Of a DNA stretch of 64,000 nucleotides, positions 1 to 13,151 are shown piece after piece. This DNA comes from Balanoglossus misakiensis (taxonomy: Eukaryota; Animalia; Hemichordata). The stretch is taken from contig CM082578.2 of the NCBI GenBank assembly GCA_040954595.2, positions 16,290,998-16,354,997 on the forward strand, written 5' to 3'. The position numbers were made by a program, and so were the translations under genes. Below the pieces are notes generated by a model. It did not search any database and was not told the DNA's origin. It was given only the letters and a program-made list of their open reading frames with translations. Each line of letters opens with the position of its first letter. Position 1 is the first letter of the stretch.

Positions 1-1944
1 CCTGCTTTCACAAGCAGCTTGCATTGCACACATGTTGCTTCAGTGATCTAGCAATGATAGCAATGCTGGAGTGGGTTTTCAGGATTGGGGTTTTTATCAC
101 CGCGCATCCATTGCCCAATAGAAGTCTGTTGGTGTTTATGAAAATATAAAGCACTCTTCTATCTATATACATGTATACAAATGTAAGCACCAACTTAATT
201 TAACTAATTGTTTATAAAACTAATATCCAGTCGGCCACTTGCTTTTTCAAGAACAGAGCAATTCTTTGGTCATTTTACACATCAAAGTGTGTCTTCCATG
301 ATTTCTTAGTTACCTTTCTGTTACATTTGTAGTAAGACATTGTACAAGATGTTCTTACATCTATATCAATCAGAGTAATAACTCTGTGGGGACTGTCATC
401 ATCAATGACTTTTCCCAGTGTACCGGTACTTGTGTGTTTGTTGCGTAAGTTGATTATTTTGTACTCGTCAACAGATGCAACCGTGTTTACGCAAAGTTGG
501 GTGCCAGAATTTCATTTCTGACAGGTTACTGTTGAAATTCACGCCTTCATACAGCGTCTTATGAAAAACTTCATTCCACCAAAGTTTGACACTTTACACA
601 ACATCCTCATTTAGTTGCTCATAAATGCAAAAAGATTAACCTTCGTGCCTTTAATTTTCTCACACACGTCGTGTAACGCGTTCTGTGCACCTCAGAAGAC
701 TTTTTGTCGCCAAGCAGCGCATACATATTAGATTTAGAAAAACGGGTGTCCTGTAGTTACAGTGCATCAGTAGTTGTTACATCATGGTCAGAATACTTTT
801 TTGTTGCTTTACTGGGACAAGTGCTGGTCACTTCAAACCCTCGTTTCATTATGCAGAACACTTTACAAGTTTTGGAGTGTTTCAAATATGGGTAAGAAAC
901 TTTATTGTTTAATTGTTGTAAATATGAAGTATAGCTCATTAAAAGCACAAACTGGCAAGGTGTTTGCCGAGTGATGTGCATTGATGATGAATACCCGACT
1001 GTTTTGGAGACTGTTGGCAGAGTATAGGTAGAATGGTTAAATGTATATAGATTTGGATCACAGAGAGTTTTGATAATAGCCGTCCATATAAATGATAGCA
1101 TGTGAGAAAAGGAGGTGAACACTTTCACCAACCTGACTGCCTGCTCTGATGAGGGAGTTAGTGACAGTCTTACAAGAATATGTATTGGCAACTTTCATTT
1201 TCCCCAGCAATGACTGTTCAGGAATTCTCACCATCTTCGGAAATACAGTGTCTAGAATACATTAACTAATATTTGGTAGAGTAGATAATGCTGGATGTGC
1301 ATGAGCTTGTATCAATGCTCTATAGTTCTGCTTAAAGGGTCAAAGGTCAAATGGACCTCTATACCGGTATGTACAAAACTGGTACATTTGTGTGTTTCAG
1401 CAAATATGTGTTGCCTTTCCATTATGATATATAGGTAAATGTCGGTAGCAAGACAGATAAAACAAGTCTGCTTGAGAAATTTCACCTGTGAGAATGAGTA
1501 TGTAAAACAAGAATCGTGTGGTGTATGCAGTGGGGCATCTGTCCACAGTTTAGGCACATGGTAGAGTATCACACGCCCGGTTACTGCAAACAGGGCCATA
1601 AGTACAGCATCTGCAATGAAGGAATGTAACAAGACCCCTAAGTTAGGATGTCCGGGAACAAAAGGCAAAAATTCAGCCAATTGCTGGAAATTGTTTGCAA
1701 TGGCTATGCATTATGTAAATGATGAGCAGCCTTCATGGAATCAGGCAACTGGAATAGCATAGTCTGTACGAAACTTACCTTACTTGTATATGGAAGTTGG
1801 TCTTCTGATTTTAAACTGTATGTAACAAGAAATACACATAAAGGTGGATATGATTAGTTGTATCTTCCACTATGGAAAAAAAAACTGTATCAAAACAATC
1901 AATTTTCGCCAAGTCATTGTATGCAGAGCAACTGAGAAAATGCT

Positions 1945-2297
1945 TTAAAGGGACAAAGTCTCTCTCTCGCTGCCCCTTTTCCATTAATTATTTGATCCAA
2001 GACACCGTTTATATTAGTCTACATGTGGATTTATAGTGAAACAACGTTCGACCACACATAACTTCCATCCAACTTGTAGACATGAGAGTGAAAAACTCGC
2101 CAACATGAATAATCGGTGTTTACCATTTATTCATTTTGGCATGATTTTTACTCTCATATCCTACAAATGGGATGGAAGTGGTGTGGTGTTGAATGTTGAT
2201 TCACTATATATCCACATGTAGAATAACATGAATGGTGTCTTGTATCAAATATAATTAATGGAAAAAGGCCTGCTAGAGAGAGACTTTGTCCCTTTAA
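1945..2297. mobile_element. Non-autonomous DNA transposon (MITE) with 19-bp TIRs and TTAA target-site duplication; Kolobok/piggyBac-type target
   Basis: TTAA(1945-1948)-AGGGACAAAGTCTCTCTCT ... AGAGAGAGACTTTGTCCCT-TTAA(2294-2297). The terminal inverted repeat is a perfect 19 bp and there is no internal transposase ORF. Confidence 0.75.
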
Positions 2298-2354
2298 TCT
2301 AAAAGCAGTCGGATCTTCCGAACAAAAATGTGGAAAACACTTGACGGGTCAAAA

Positions 2355-4265
2355 CTAAACAAAATTTACACTCACTAGGTTTTTAGGGTCGAAGGACGAA
2401 TTGTCAAGTCGTGGATCGTCATCAGCTATGCTGTCTCCAAATTTCCAACTGCTGCGCCAGTTTCCAAACGTTTCATCATTGTTGCTTGTACCACTACCGG
2501 CGGATAATCGTTGAAGTGAGGACACTTGATCGTCACTGGCTTTGCTGTCCCTGGTTGACCTCGTTCCTTGGCTCTGCGGATAGTCCGCCTGCGGCACGAA
2601 ATACCGCTCCGTGAGATCCATTGTTGCGTTATCTTGGCCGTCGACTTCCATGGTTACGTCCCGCGCACGATGTTTCGTCAACATTTCCATTTCAACCATT
2701 TCTGGCTTATAATCGCTGGGGTCTTCAAAGTCTGATTCCTTCCAAGAATAGACGGGCACGTCGACGCCGTTGTAGATATACCCGGATTGACGTTTCCGGT
2801 AGTTGCCCCAAGTATGTGCCGTTTCGTGCAGCTCGCTTGATTCAAACATGTCCACATGTCCACTAGTTTTCTCCCGCGATTCAAACCTGAAAAGTGAGGA
2901 ACTATCTCGTATTTGTCCGTAACAGTGGAACAAGTCATCATGATATACACCGAAAATAATAGAACTAACCTTTAATTTACATGATGTCAACATATACTCA
3001 CTCACTCACTCACTCACTCACTCACTCACTCACTAACAATTCTATGTATTCTGTATCTGTACCATTACACTTTCAGTTTCAATCCCATCGACTTTCATTT
3101 GTACACTTCTCACCTCCCCATGCTGTCACTTTTCTTCTGTTTCTTGAACCTCTTTGTTATTGATACCATTACAAATACCACAATGATGACAAGTGCAGAC
3201 AGTGACAAGGCCACGGCCAAGTAGACGTATGTCTCATTTATATATGTTTCGCAATGTTGTCCTTTGTAGTACCAGTTTGACCCTGCGCGACACCTGTGAG
3301 CGTAATGAGATGTTCGTCATATACGTAAACACGGATTGTCTTTCCTGTGCGATTGACACAGGTGCAAAACTACATGGCCACATTTGAAGGTTTAACAGTC
3401 TCAAAGTGAACGCCAGTAATTGGCGTGTCTTTCGAGGAAAATATTAAACCTTCACATTATCAGCGCAAAATGTTGCATTCATCTGTTCGAAAATTTAATT
3501 TTACCAGTAATGCGCTCTCCCTTGACAAACGTCTACAATTTAAGGCAAGATTCATTTTTCAAATTTTCAAATAGAAGTATTAAACTGAACCAATTTACCT
3601 GCATTCAATCTCATTGGTTGTACTGTGCGTGCAATGGGCTTCATTTTTACAGTAGCCATAGTAACAGTCTGATCGACAAACTGAACCATCGCTTTTACTT
3701 TCGCACTTAAAATTTGCTTCACAAGCTTCCACCGTTTCGGAGCTACACCAATTCACTGAAAACATAACAGCATGAAAACAATATTATGTGGTTTAATTTG
3801 TTAACACATTTGACCTTCCTGTGTCTGTCTGTCTGTCGATGTCTGCCTCCCTCTCTCTGTCTCCCTATATCTCTCTGCATGTCCGTCTTTGCGTCTTTCT
3901 CTGTCTATGCGTATAGGTCTGTCTGGTTCCCTCATTACCTATACCGCCAAATCATGGTTTCTCCACTTTAAGTTTTTATCACTGTCAATATAATTCAATT
4001 ACCTCCACATTTCTCTTGGTCACCCTCAGTGCAGCCTTCATAGTCATCAGGTATCATGAGACCTCCGACAGTTTTGTTGTCAACACTTGCTTTTAGAGTG
4101 GATTTTTCGTAGACATCATAGGCTGTGTAATTTTTAATTGAATCTGTCCTGTTATAAATGGCTTCATATTCGACCACTACGCTGCCACGACTGCAAATGA
4201 TGTAATTGGATTTGTTTAATGTAATTTGACTTCAATACTGTCACACACACACACTCACACACATA

Positions 4266-4297
<32 letters not shown>

Positions 4298-7200
4298 TAC
4301 ATACATACATACATACATACATACATACATACATACATACATACATACATACATACATACATACATACATACATACATACATACATACATACATACATAC
4401 ATACATACATACATACATACATACATACATACATACATACATACATACATACATACATACATACATACACACACACATACACACATACACACACATATAC
4501 TAAACAAAAGCATGGGAGTATACTACGAATATCGCTTTTCAGCAAACATCCTTAATTTACCTTAACTTCTTGATTTCGAGGCGAACAAATCCTGGAATTA
4601 ACTTGTAGTAGACTCCAAACTGTCAAAAGATCATTCACAAGAATTTGAGACGTTTCTGTAATTTAATACGACTTGAAAGAAAGAAATGCTCAAACTTCCT
4701 AACATTATAAGACATTTCTTTAATTGAATTACCGTAAATTGCCATTGCTTGCCAGAGTATCACACATTTTTCTAGGAGTGATAAATTCATGAAACTGTAC
4801 TGTCACACCTTGGAAATTGTATGGATAAAATCAGGTTACGAACGTTTACTCACTGCATCAGTAAACTCTTTCTCAAATTCCTTGAACTCTTGTGAATATC
4901 TTTCATTGAGCTTCGTATTCCACGTTTTAACAATGCTGATGACGTAGAAAAACACCCTCTTTGCAAATTCTTAAAGAATGAAAAAATATTAGTAAAACTC
5001 CTTGTAGTGTGTCATACTTATGATTGCAATAAATTTGTCTAGCTAAGTATATTTAAATTGTATACCATTAACCAGTGCCAGAATCATGACGTCATGTAGA
5101 TAAAAGTCCAAACTCCTTGAAAAGATATTGTTGTATAATGTATAATTAGATACGAATGGCTATACTTTATCAACAAAATTATAAAACTAACCTTTTTCGT
5201 TTGGTGGATGATCTACCGGAGCTTCAATCAATGGGACTTCTGTTGTCAGTTTAGTGACTGTCGTTGAGCGAGTAGATATATGTTGACCTGTTGTAACTAT
5301 AGGTGATGTGTTGTCTGTAGTTTGGGGGAGGGAGACTGTAGTGGAAATATCTACAGTTGTTATATCCACACTAGTAGTTTCTGCAGGTGATGTGTTATCT
5401 GTAACTTGGGTGGCAGCATCTGCAGTAGTGACAATGTTTTGAGTAGTCGCATCTGTGCCTGTTGGTGTGTCACTTCTAGTCTGGGAGGCAGAGTCTGGCG
5501 TTGAACTAGCTTCAGTTGTTATATCCCCACCAGTTGCTTCTGCAGGTGATGTGTTATCTGTAACTTGGGTGGCAGCATCTGCAGTAGTGACAATGTTTTG
5601 AGTAGTCGCATCTGTGCCTGTTGGTGTGTCACTTCTAGTCTGGGAGGCAGAGTCTGGCGTTGAACTAGCTTCAGTTGTTATCGCCACACTAGTAGGTTCT
5701 GCAGGTGATGTGTTATCTGTAACTTGGGTGGCAACATCTGCAGTAGTGACAATGTTTTGAGTAGTCGCATCTGTGCCTGTTGGTGTGTCACTTGTAGTCT
5801 GGGAGGCAGAGTCTGGCGTTGAACTAGCTTCAGTTGTTATCTCCACACTAGTAGGTTCTGCAGGTGATGTGTTATCTGTAACTTGGGTGGCAGCATCTGC
5901 AGTAGTGACAAGGTTTTGAGTAGTCGCATCTAGATCTGTGCCTGTTGGTGTGTCACTTGTAGTCTGGGAGGCAGAGTCTGGCGTGGAACTAGCTTCAGTT
6001 GTTATCTCCACACTAGTAGGTTCTGCAGGTGATGTGTTATCTGTAACTTGGGTGGCAGCATCTGCAGTAGTGACAAGGTTTTGTGTAGTCGCATCTGACC
6101 CTGTTGACTGCGACAGTGGTGTGTCACTTGTAGTCTGAGTTACAGAGTCTGTCGTTGAACTAGCTTCAGTTGTTATATCCCCATCAGTTGCTTCTGCAGG
6201 TGATGTGTTATCTGTAACTTGGGTGGCAGCATCTGCAGTAGTGGCAAGGTTTTGTGTAGTCGCATCTGACCCTGTTGACTGCGACAGTGGTGTGTCACTT
6301 GTAGTCTGAGTTACAGAGTCTGTCGTTGAACTAGCTTCAGTTGTTATATCCCCACCAGTTGCTTCTGCAGGTGATGTGTTATCTGTAACTTGGGTGGCAG
6401 CATCTGCAGTAGTGACAATGTTTTGAGTAGTCGCATCTGTGCCTGTTGGTGTGTCACTTCTAGTCTGGGAGGCAGAGTCTGGCGTTGAACTAGCTTCAGT
6501 TGTTATCTCCACACTAGTAGGTTCTGCAGGTGATGTGTTAACTGTAACTTGGGTGGCAGCATCTGCAGTAGTGACAAGGTTTTGAGTAGTCGCATCTAGA
6601 TCTGTGCCTGTTGGTGTGTCACTTGTAGTCTGGGAGGCAGAGTCTGGCGTGGAACTAGCTTCAGTTGTTATCTCCACACTAGTAGGTTCTGCAGGTGATG
6701 TGTTATCTGTAACTTGGGTGGCAGCATCTGCAGTAGTGACAAGGTTTTGTGTAGTCGCATCTGTGCCTGTTGGTGTGTCACTTCTAGTCTGGGAGGCAGA
6801 GTCTGGCGTTGAACTAGCTTCAGTTGTTATCTCCACACTAGTAGGTTCTGCAGGTGATGTGTTATCTGTAACTTGGGTGGCAGCATCTGCAGTAGTGACA
6901 ATGTTTTGAGTAGTCGCATCTGTGCCTGTTGGTGTGTCACTTCTAGTCTGGGAGGCAGAGTCTGGCGTTGAACTAGCTTCAGTTGTTATCTCCACACTAG
7001 TAGGTTCTGCAGGTGATGTGTTATCTGTAACTTGGGTGGCAGCATCTGCAGTAGTGACAATGTTTTGAGTAGTCGCATCTGTGCCTGTTGGTGTGTCACT
7101 TCTAGTCTGGGAGGCAGAGTCTGGCGTTGAACTAGCTTCAGTTGTTATCTCCACACTAGTAGGTTCTGCAGGTGATGTGTTATCTGTAACTTGGGTGGCA

Positions 7201-9067
7201 GCATCTGCAGTAGTGACAATGTTTTGAGTAGTCGCATCTGTGCCTGTTGGTGTGTCACTTCTAGTCTGGGAGGCAGAGTCTGGCGTTGAACTAGCTTCAG
7301 TTGTTATCTCCACACTAGTAGGTTCTGCAGGTGATGTGTTATCTGTAACTTGGGTGGCAGCATCTGCAGTAGTGACAAGGTTTTGTGTAGTCGCATCTGT
7401 GCCTGTTGGTGTGTCACTTCTAGTCTGGGAGGCAGAGTCTGGCGTTGAACTAGCTTCAGTTGTTATCTCCACACTAGTAGGTTCTGCAGGTGATGTGTTA
7501 TCTGTAACTTGGGTGGCAGCATCTGCAGTAGTGACAATGTTTTGAGTAGTCGCATCTGTGCCTGTTGGTGTGTCACTTCTAGTCTGGGAGGCAGAGTCTG
7601 GCGTTGAACTAGCTTCAGTTGTTATCTCCACACTAGTAGGTTCTGCAGGTGATGTGTTATCTGTAACTTGGGTGGCAGCATCTGCAGTAGTGACAATGTT
7701 TTGAGTAGTCGCATCTGTGCCTGTTGGTGTGTCACTTCTAGTCTGGGAGGCAGAGTCTGGCGTTGAACTAGCTTCAGTTGTTATCTCCACACTAGTAGGT
7801 TCTGCAGGTGATGTGTTATCTGTAACTTGGGTGGCAGCATCTGCAGTAGTGACAAGGTTTTGTGTAGTCGCATCTGACCCTGTTGACTGCGACAGTGGTG
7901 TGTCACTTGTAGTCTGAGTTACAGAGTCTGTCGTTGAACTAGCTTCAGTTGTTATATCCCCATCAGTTGCTTCTGCAGGTGATGTGTTATCTGTAACTTG
8001 GGTGGCAGCATCTGCAGTAGTGGCAAGGTTTTGTGTAGTCGCATCTGACCCTGTTGACTGCGACAGTGGTGTGTCACTTGTAGTCTGAGTTACAGAGTCT
8101 GTCGTTGAACTAGCTTCAGTTGTTATATCCCCATCAGTTGCTTCTGCAGGTGATGTGTTATCTGTAACTTGGGTGGCAGCATCTGCAGTAGTGACAATGT
8201 TTTGAGTAGTCGCATCTGTGCCTGTTGGTGTGTCACTTGTAGTCTGGGAGGCAGAGTCTGGCGTGGGACTAGCTTCAGTTGTTATCTCCACACTAGTAGG
8301 TTCTGCAGGTGATGTGTTATCTGTAACTTGGGTGGCAGCATCTGCAGTAGTGACAAGGTTTTGAGTAGTCGCATCTAGATCTGTGCCTGTTGGTGTGTCA
8401 CTTGTAGTCTGGGAGGCAGAGTCTGGCGTGGGACTAGCTTCAGTTGTTATCTCCACACTAGTAGGTTCTGCAGGTGATGTGTTATCTGTAACTTGGGTGG
8501 CAGCATCTGCAGTTGTGGTAATGTCTTGAGTAGTCGCATCTGTGCCTGTTGACTGCGACAGTGATATGTCTGGCGTGGATACACACAATACAAATGATAG
8601 TTTGAAAAATCGCACAAATATATTCTACACAGTGCTATATGTATTGCATTATAGCAGCGGTATGTTGCATTATTGTGTGCGTACTCAATTTACTTGTCAT
8701 TGCGTACTTTTAGTCAAACTTTTGACTGTATTTCGACAGACGGTTCAGTTGGCAAGCACAAAATTGTAAATATATACTGTGGCGTTCGTAATGACCAGTG
8801 GTATGTGACGTGGCATATCCCCACCTTTTTGTTCCTGAGAATCTGACAAATACCTTTAAATAGTACAGGAGAGCTAGCTTTGCTCGCGCGTGTTGCCACC
8901 TGATATATGATCAACATACAGAAGAATTCTGCTCTCTTTGTCACCCAGCCTGTTGGAAGCATTGCTGGAAACACAATCGTCACCACAATTATGGAGATTG
9001 TTTTAATCGACTTACCTGAAATAGCAATACAATAAACAATTGTAATAATTGGAATAATCTTTCGCAT
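2355..9067 (-). CDS. Membrane-tethered mucin: signal peptide - Thr/Ser/Pro tandem-repeat domain - SEA - EGF-like - TM - cytoplasmic tail (MUC3/12/17-like architecture)
   Basis: Frame-consistent GT-AG exons (minus): 9067-9016 (MRKIIPIITIVYCIAIS, signal peptide; alternative ATG 9073), 8569-5192 (PTS repeats), 4969-4854, 4619-4561, 4190-4003 (SEA domain with RGSVVVEY), 3755-3599 (Cys-rich EGF-like: CEANFKC...CRSDCYYGYCKNEAHC), 3293-3114 (CRAGSNWYYKGQHCE + TM YVYLAVALSLSALVIIVVFVMVSIT + KRFKK), 2886-2355 (tail, stop TAG). Confidence 0.85.
2995..3033. repeat. (CACT)n microsatellite, intronic
   Basis: Direct reading of tandem cact units. Confidence 0.9.
4242..4500. repeat. Compound (CA)n/(TACA)n microsatellite, intronic
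   Basis: Long perfect tacatac array; it explains the spurious MYVC/HTYI ORFs. Confidence 0.97.
5330..8550 (-). repeat. Coding minisatellite (mucin VNTR), about 20 units of 159/165/171 bp (53/55/57 aa)
   Basis: Unit TGTDATTQNIVTTADAATQVTDNTSPAEPTSVEITTEASSTPDSASQTRSDTP repeats nearly identically, with in-frame DL and LSQS insertion variants. Confidence 0.97.
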
Positions 9068-12000
9068 CGTCATTGCAGTGTGATATGCACTTTCGTTGTC
9101 AGTCTGGCCAAATAAGACGACGCGCTGGTAAGCGGCAAATTGCAAACTGTAACTGTAAAACACTATACTGCTAGTCCTCCAGTTTACCTACTTCACCTTA
9201 CGTGGCCAGAGCGAAGTATTTTCATACATGGAGATATATTTATGATAAGCATATAAAGCATGACAGGTTATTTGCTGTGTTATGTTGACTCTTTGGGTGT
9301 AACGATCTCGTCACATGGCGAATTTATTGTGTACATGGCAACATTGGCCCTTCAGAGCAATTGAACCACAGTTGGGTTTAGCAACAGTATTGAAAGTTTG
9401 GCATGACGAAGTTGTTTCCGTCAGTTGTGCGCGATAAGGTTGACTTGCTTCCGTGTAATCTTAGTATGTGACGGAATCTATAAATACTAGAATGACGGAG
9501 AGTTTCACGTGTATGCGTGGTGACACACATGAAATACTGTTCGAATAAAGTATTTGCGGTCATTAGCAGAGTCGTGCATTTCACTTAATATACTGCCGCG
9601 TTTTAAGCATTATTTATGGGGTCCACATATGTTAAAACATAACGCCCCAAAAGCAAACAATACTTTACACAACAAACTTTAACTGCCCATTACCAAACTT
9701 TCAACGCGATATTATAAGACGTGCTCTCGTAGCAAATATCCAGACGTGCGAGTTGGTTAAAATAGCACGATATATGACAAACGGCACAGGTATTTAATTT
9801 TACATTCAGGCACATCGATGATGTCATTTTTTAAAATAATTATAGTTTCAGGAAATAACGCCTAAGGACCCATTTTCTAGTATTTGAGTCAGGGGTGAAA
9901 GGTCACCTTCCTCTGCTTCATACATGTATCTGGCAATTTTCCAGAATTCTACAAAACCGGTCAGCTTTCCACCAAGTTGTTTAAGAATGGGGGTGATTTT
10001 TATTGTTTTAATACAAGGCCCACCAACTTTAACTTTGAACTATTTTCTAATCGTTTTTGTTTCGGGTATCAGTAGGAACATTTATTCCCACAGTGAGTAG
10101 TTGTATCTATTATACTATTATTTGTTTTACAATATGTATAAATTCACGTGTGAAAATATGAGATCATTCGGCTAATGTTGAGGTATATTTGGTTGAAATT
10201 TGATAAATAGCTGTAAAATAAGAAACTGTACGCTAATTCGAAAAACAACAAAACAATAACAGAACTTTCATAAGACAACCTTTTATAAGTGAAAGTTACA
10301 CACCCGTCCACATTTCCTTATCTTATCAATAAAATAAATTCGTAGGAATATTTCCAATCTCAAACTTTAGCAATGACTGAAACCGTCTTGAAAAACCAGC
10401 CATTTGATACCTACCGAATAGGCTATGTAATTAGTTTCATACATTTTACATCTCTCCGAACAACAGGGAATGCACGGATAATCCATTAGCTTTATCATAG
10501 CTAGCCAGAAAAAATGAACCCATATTAATAATGTACGAGCCAGGGTGAAATTTGATATTTTGAAATTAATTTGCTGATAAATGGGAGAACAGAATATTAG
10601 TCGACCATGATGAATCGTCGGCCTCGATGGAAAACTATCTCTCTGACAACTTGTCTCTAATTCGAATGGATTAAAAGACCTACATAGTGTACAGTTCGAT
10701 GTCTGTTTCACTAAACTTGAAGTCATATTTAAGAAACCTATGAACGTTGAGACAGAACCCCGAAATCAAATTCATTAGGAAATTGACTTTCTTACAATGC
10801 AGGTGTCATTTTACATCCCCTAAGCAGTTTTCGTTCCAGACTCAATACACTGTTTCCTAGCTGACTTAGGCCTACAATATTTTTTTAGAGTTGACTTGCC
10901 GCCAACAACGAGAACATAAAGCACACTGTCATGTCTTCTCGTGGAAATATAGGCGTTCAGTGCCCAAGTATAAAACAGGCTTAGTTTTCACATCTCATAG
11001 CTGAAAATACGCATCTCTTGTTAACGCAAATATTCGATTACAGAATCTCAGATTAACGTATATTATATAATGAATTGATTTGATAGCCTGAAGTTTTTAC
11101 CCCAAAGTTTTCATTTAACAAGGATTTAATGCTGAACTTTGTACCAGTCCGATAGCTTTAGGCACCAAGTGGGCATTCTCTGTCGTCAATAGATAAATAA
11201 GACATGCTATTCATCTGGTATGATTCTGAACAATTTCTTAGAAGCATATTTGAAACCAAGCGGATTTTGTCTCATATATGTCATAAATATATAATTATAC
11301 TCGTTTTTTAATCTGCGAAAAGAGAATACGGGTTTCACTTTTCGATAGTTAGAGGTAGTAATTAACGCTGAAATGCGGTATTATAATATAATTATTCATT
11401 ATCTCTGAAACTTGAAATATGGGAGGCCTTGTATATTTCCTGTTAGAGACTTCAGATTCTCGGATGTCAGATTTTGGATGGTTTTGATTCGTTTAAATGA
11501 GAAGGAAGGAATATTATAATACCTGCATTAATTTCACATTGACAGCGATATCTGACGCTCTGAAGATACCCACTAGCTAGTAATTATCCTGGGTTTTCGT
11601 TTCAGACCATTTGTCTCAAATCTTTTGAGACATCATCATCTGTACCTAATTTCCTTTGGACACTTCCCTGCTATGGCAACTGCTTCTCAAATTCGTTCAC
11701 CCGATCTTTTGGCTTCGACGCTGAAGTCACGGTGGGCTATCTTTCTTGTACAAGACATAGAGAATACTTTAATACATCGTAAGAATCTTTTTCGCGTGTA
11801 TTTTTTTCAGATTTCGGTTACAGTACACAATATATTCTTATTTTCTGGGAACACTTACTTCAGATATACGAATAGTAAATCAAGTCCTCGAACCTTTCTG
11901 ATATCAACTTAGCGCTGCTGAATTCGAAAACAGGCTTTACAGAGTCCAATTGAATGTGTTTTCATGAAAGACCTAATCTATACAGACGATATTGTCTAAT

Positions 12001-13151
12001 AAGTCCCTCTGACACCCTGTTGATTCTTTAGGGATACTTGTTATTGCTTCTGCATGGCGGATGGGTGGAGTAAAATCACATTTGTTGACAACAAGAAAAG
12101 TCGAGGTTTTAATCGGGTTTTGCCCTTGGGCCATGATTTGTACACAAGATGTTGTGGGCTTTGAACACCGTATTAACAGAGACGATGTCAATGAGGATAT
12201 TCTGTCTACTACATGTATACTTGTGATTTTCTATTAAGGCATGCTGTTACCGATTTATGGAGACCATGACATTGTTCCATATAAACAGCTGAGTCATCAC
12301 AAATGGGATGTTTCCATATTGTTTTCACACCCCCACAGAGGAATAGGGTTCACGGCGGTCCACATGTAACTTTACCGATTCGGGCAGTGTTGGACTACTG
12401 ATATTTAAAGTTGAGTAAACCATAGACAGTCTATGCGTAAAGGTGGGGGGACTGCGTGCACTAGTATGAATGACGCCCTCATAGTTGAACACGTCCTTGC
12501 GGTTGTTTTACAAACATTTGCAAACCATCCATAAGGATAAAAGTGACGAACAAAAAAACTGAAGATTGACAAAGTTTGAAAAACAGTTTCCTTTATTCTC
12601 TTAAATGTAATGTTCTGAAAACACTGAAAAAAATATTTCTGTGAGTCCTTTAAAACCTCGCACATTATAAGAGTTGGAAGTGCATGTAGCTAAGTTGATT
12701 ACCCACTGATCCAAAATTCTCATAAGAATAAGACAACTATATATATATCAGAATGTGAACATTGTGATCAGATTTGGCAGAGGATATCAAACAAACTAAT
12801 ATGGCAGTTGGTTCATACTCCCTTGTCCCTACCCCAGTTAACTTAAAATACCAAGGCACAGTTCCTCAATGAAGGGTGAACTCTGCTGAATATATTTTGG
12901 GGAAGCACCCCATTAACATTTGCCCATATACCACCTTTCACAAAATCAATCATCAAAATCTTTGACTTTGATAAAGACATATATATCACAAAAAATGAAT
13001 ATTTCAATTTATGCACCAATGGAAATTGTTAATCAAAAACCTGCAATTGTCATTAGTTAACATCTAACATGAGTTAATTGCAATTAGATTTGAATAAAGG
13101 CATGCTCTGAAGACCAAGAAGCATCAGAGACAGATTTCCACTGTCACCTTT

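Noticed and set aside
400-1700. ORFs of 60-144 aa at the window start
   Set aside because: No recognisable motif and no consistent splice chain. A decayed element cannot be excluded but is unsupported.
4164-4555. Several ~100-aa ORFs (MYVC.., HTYI..)
   Set aside because: Translations of the TACA/CA microsatellite in a mucin intron.
5938-7917. Plus-strand ORFs MPVGVSLVVWEAES.. repeated; regular repeat resembling an array
   Set aside because: Antisense shadow of the mucin VNTR. The units are contiguous with no unique spacers, so this is not CRISPR-like.
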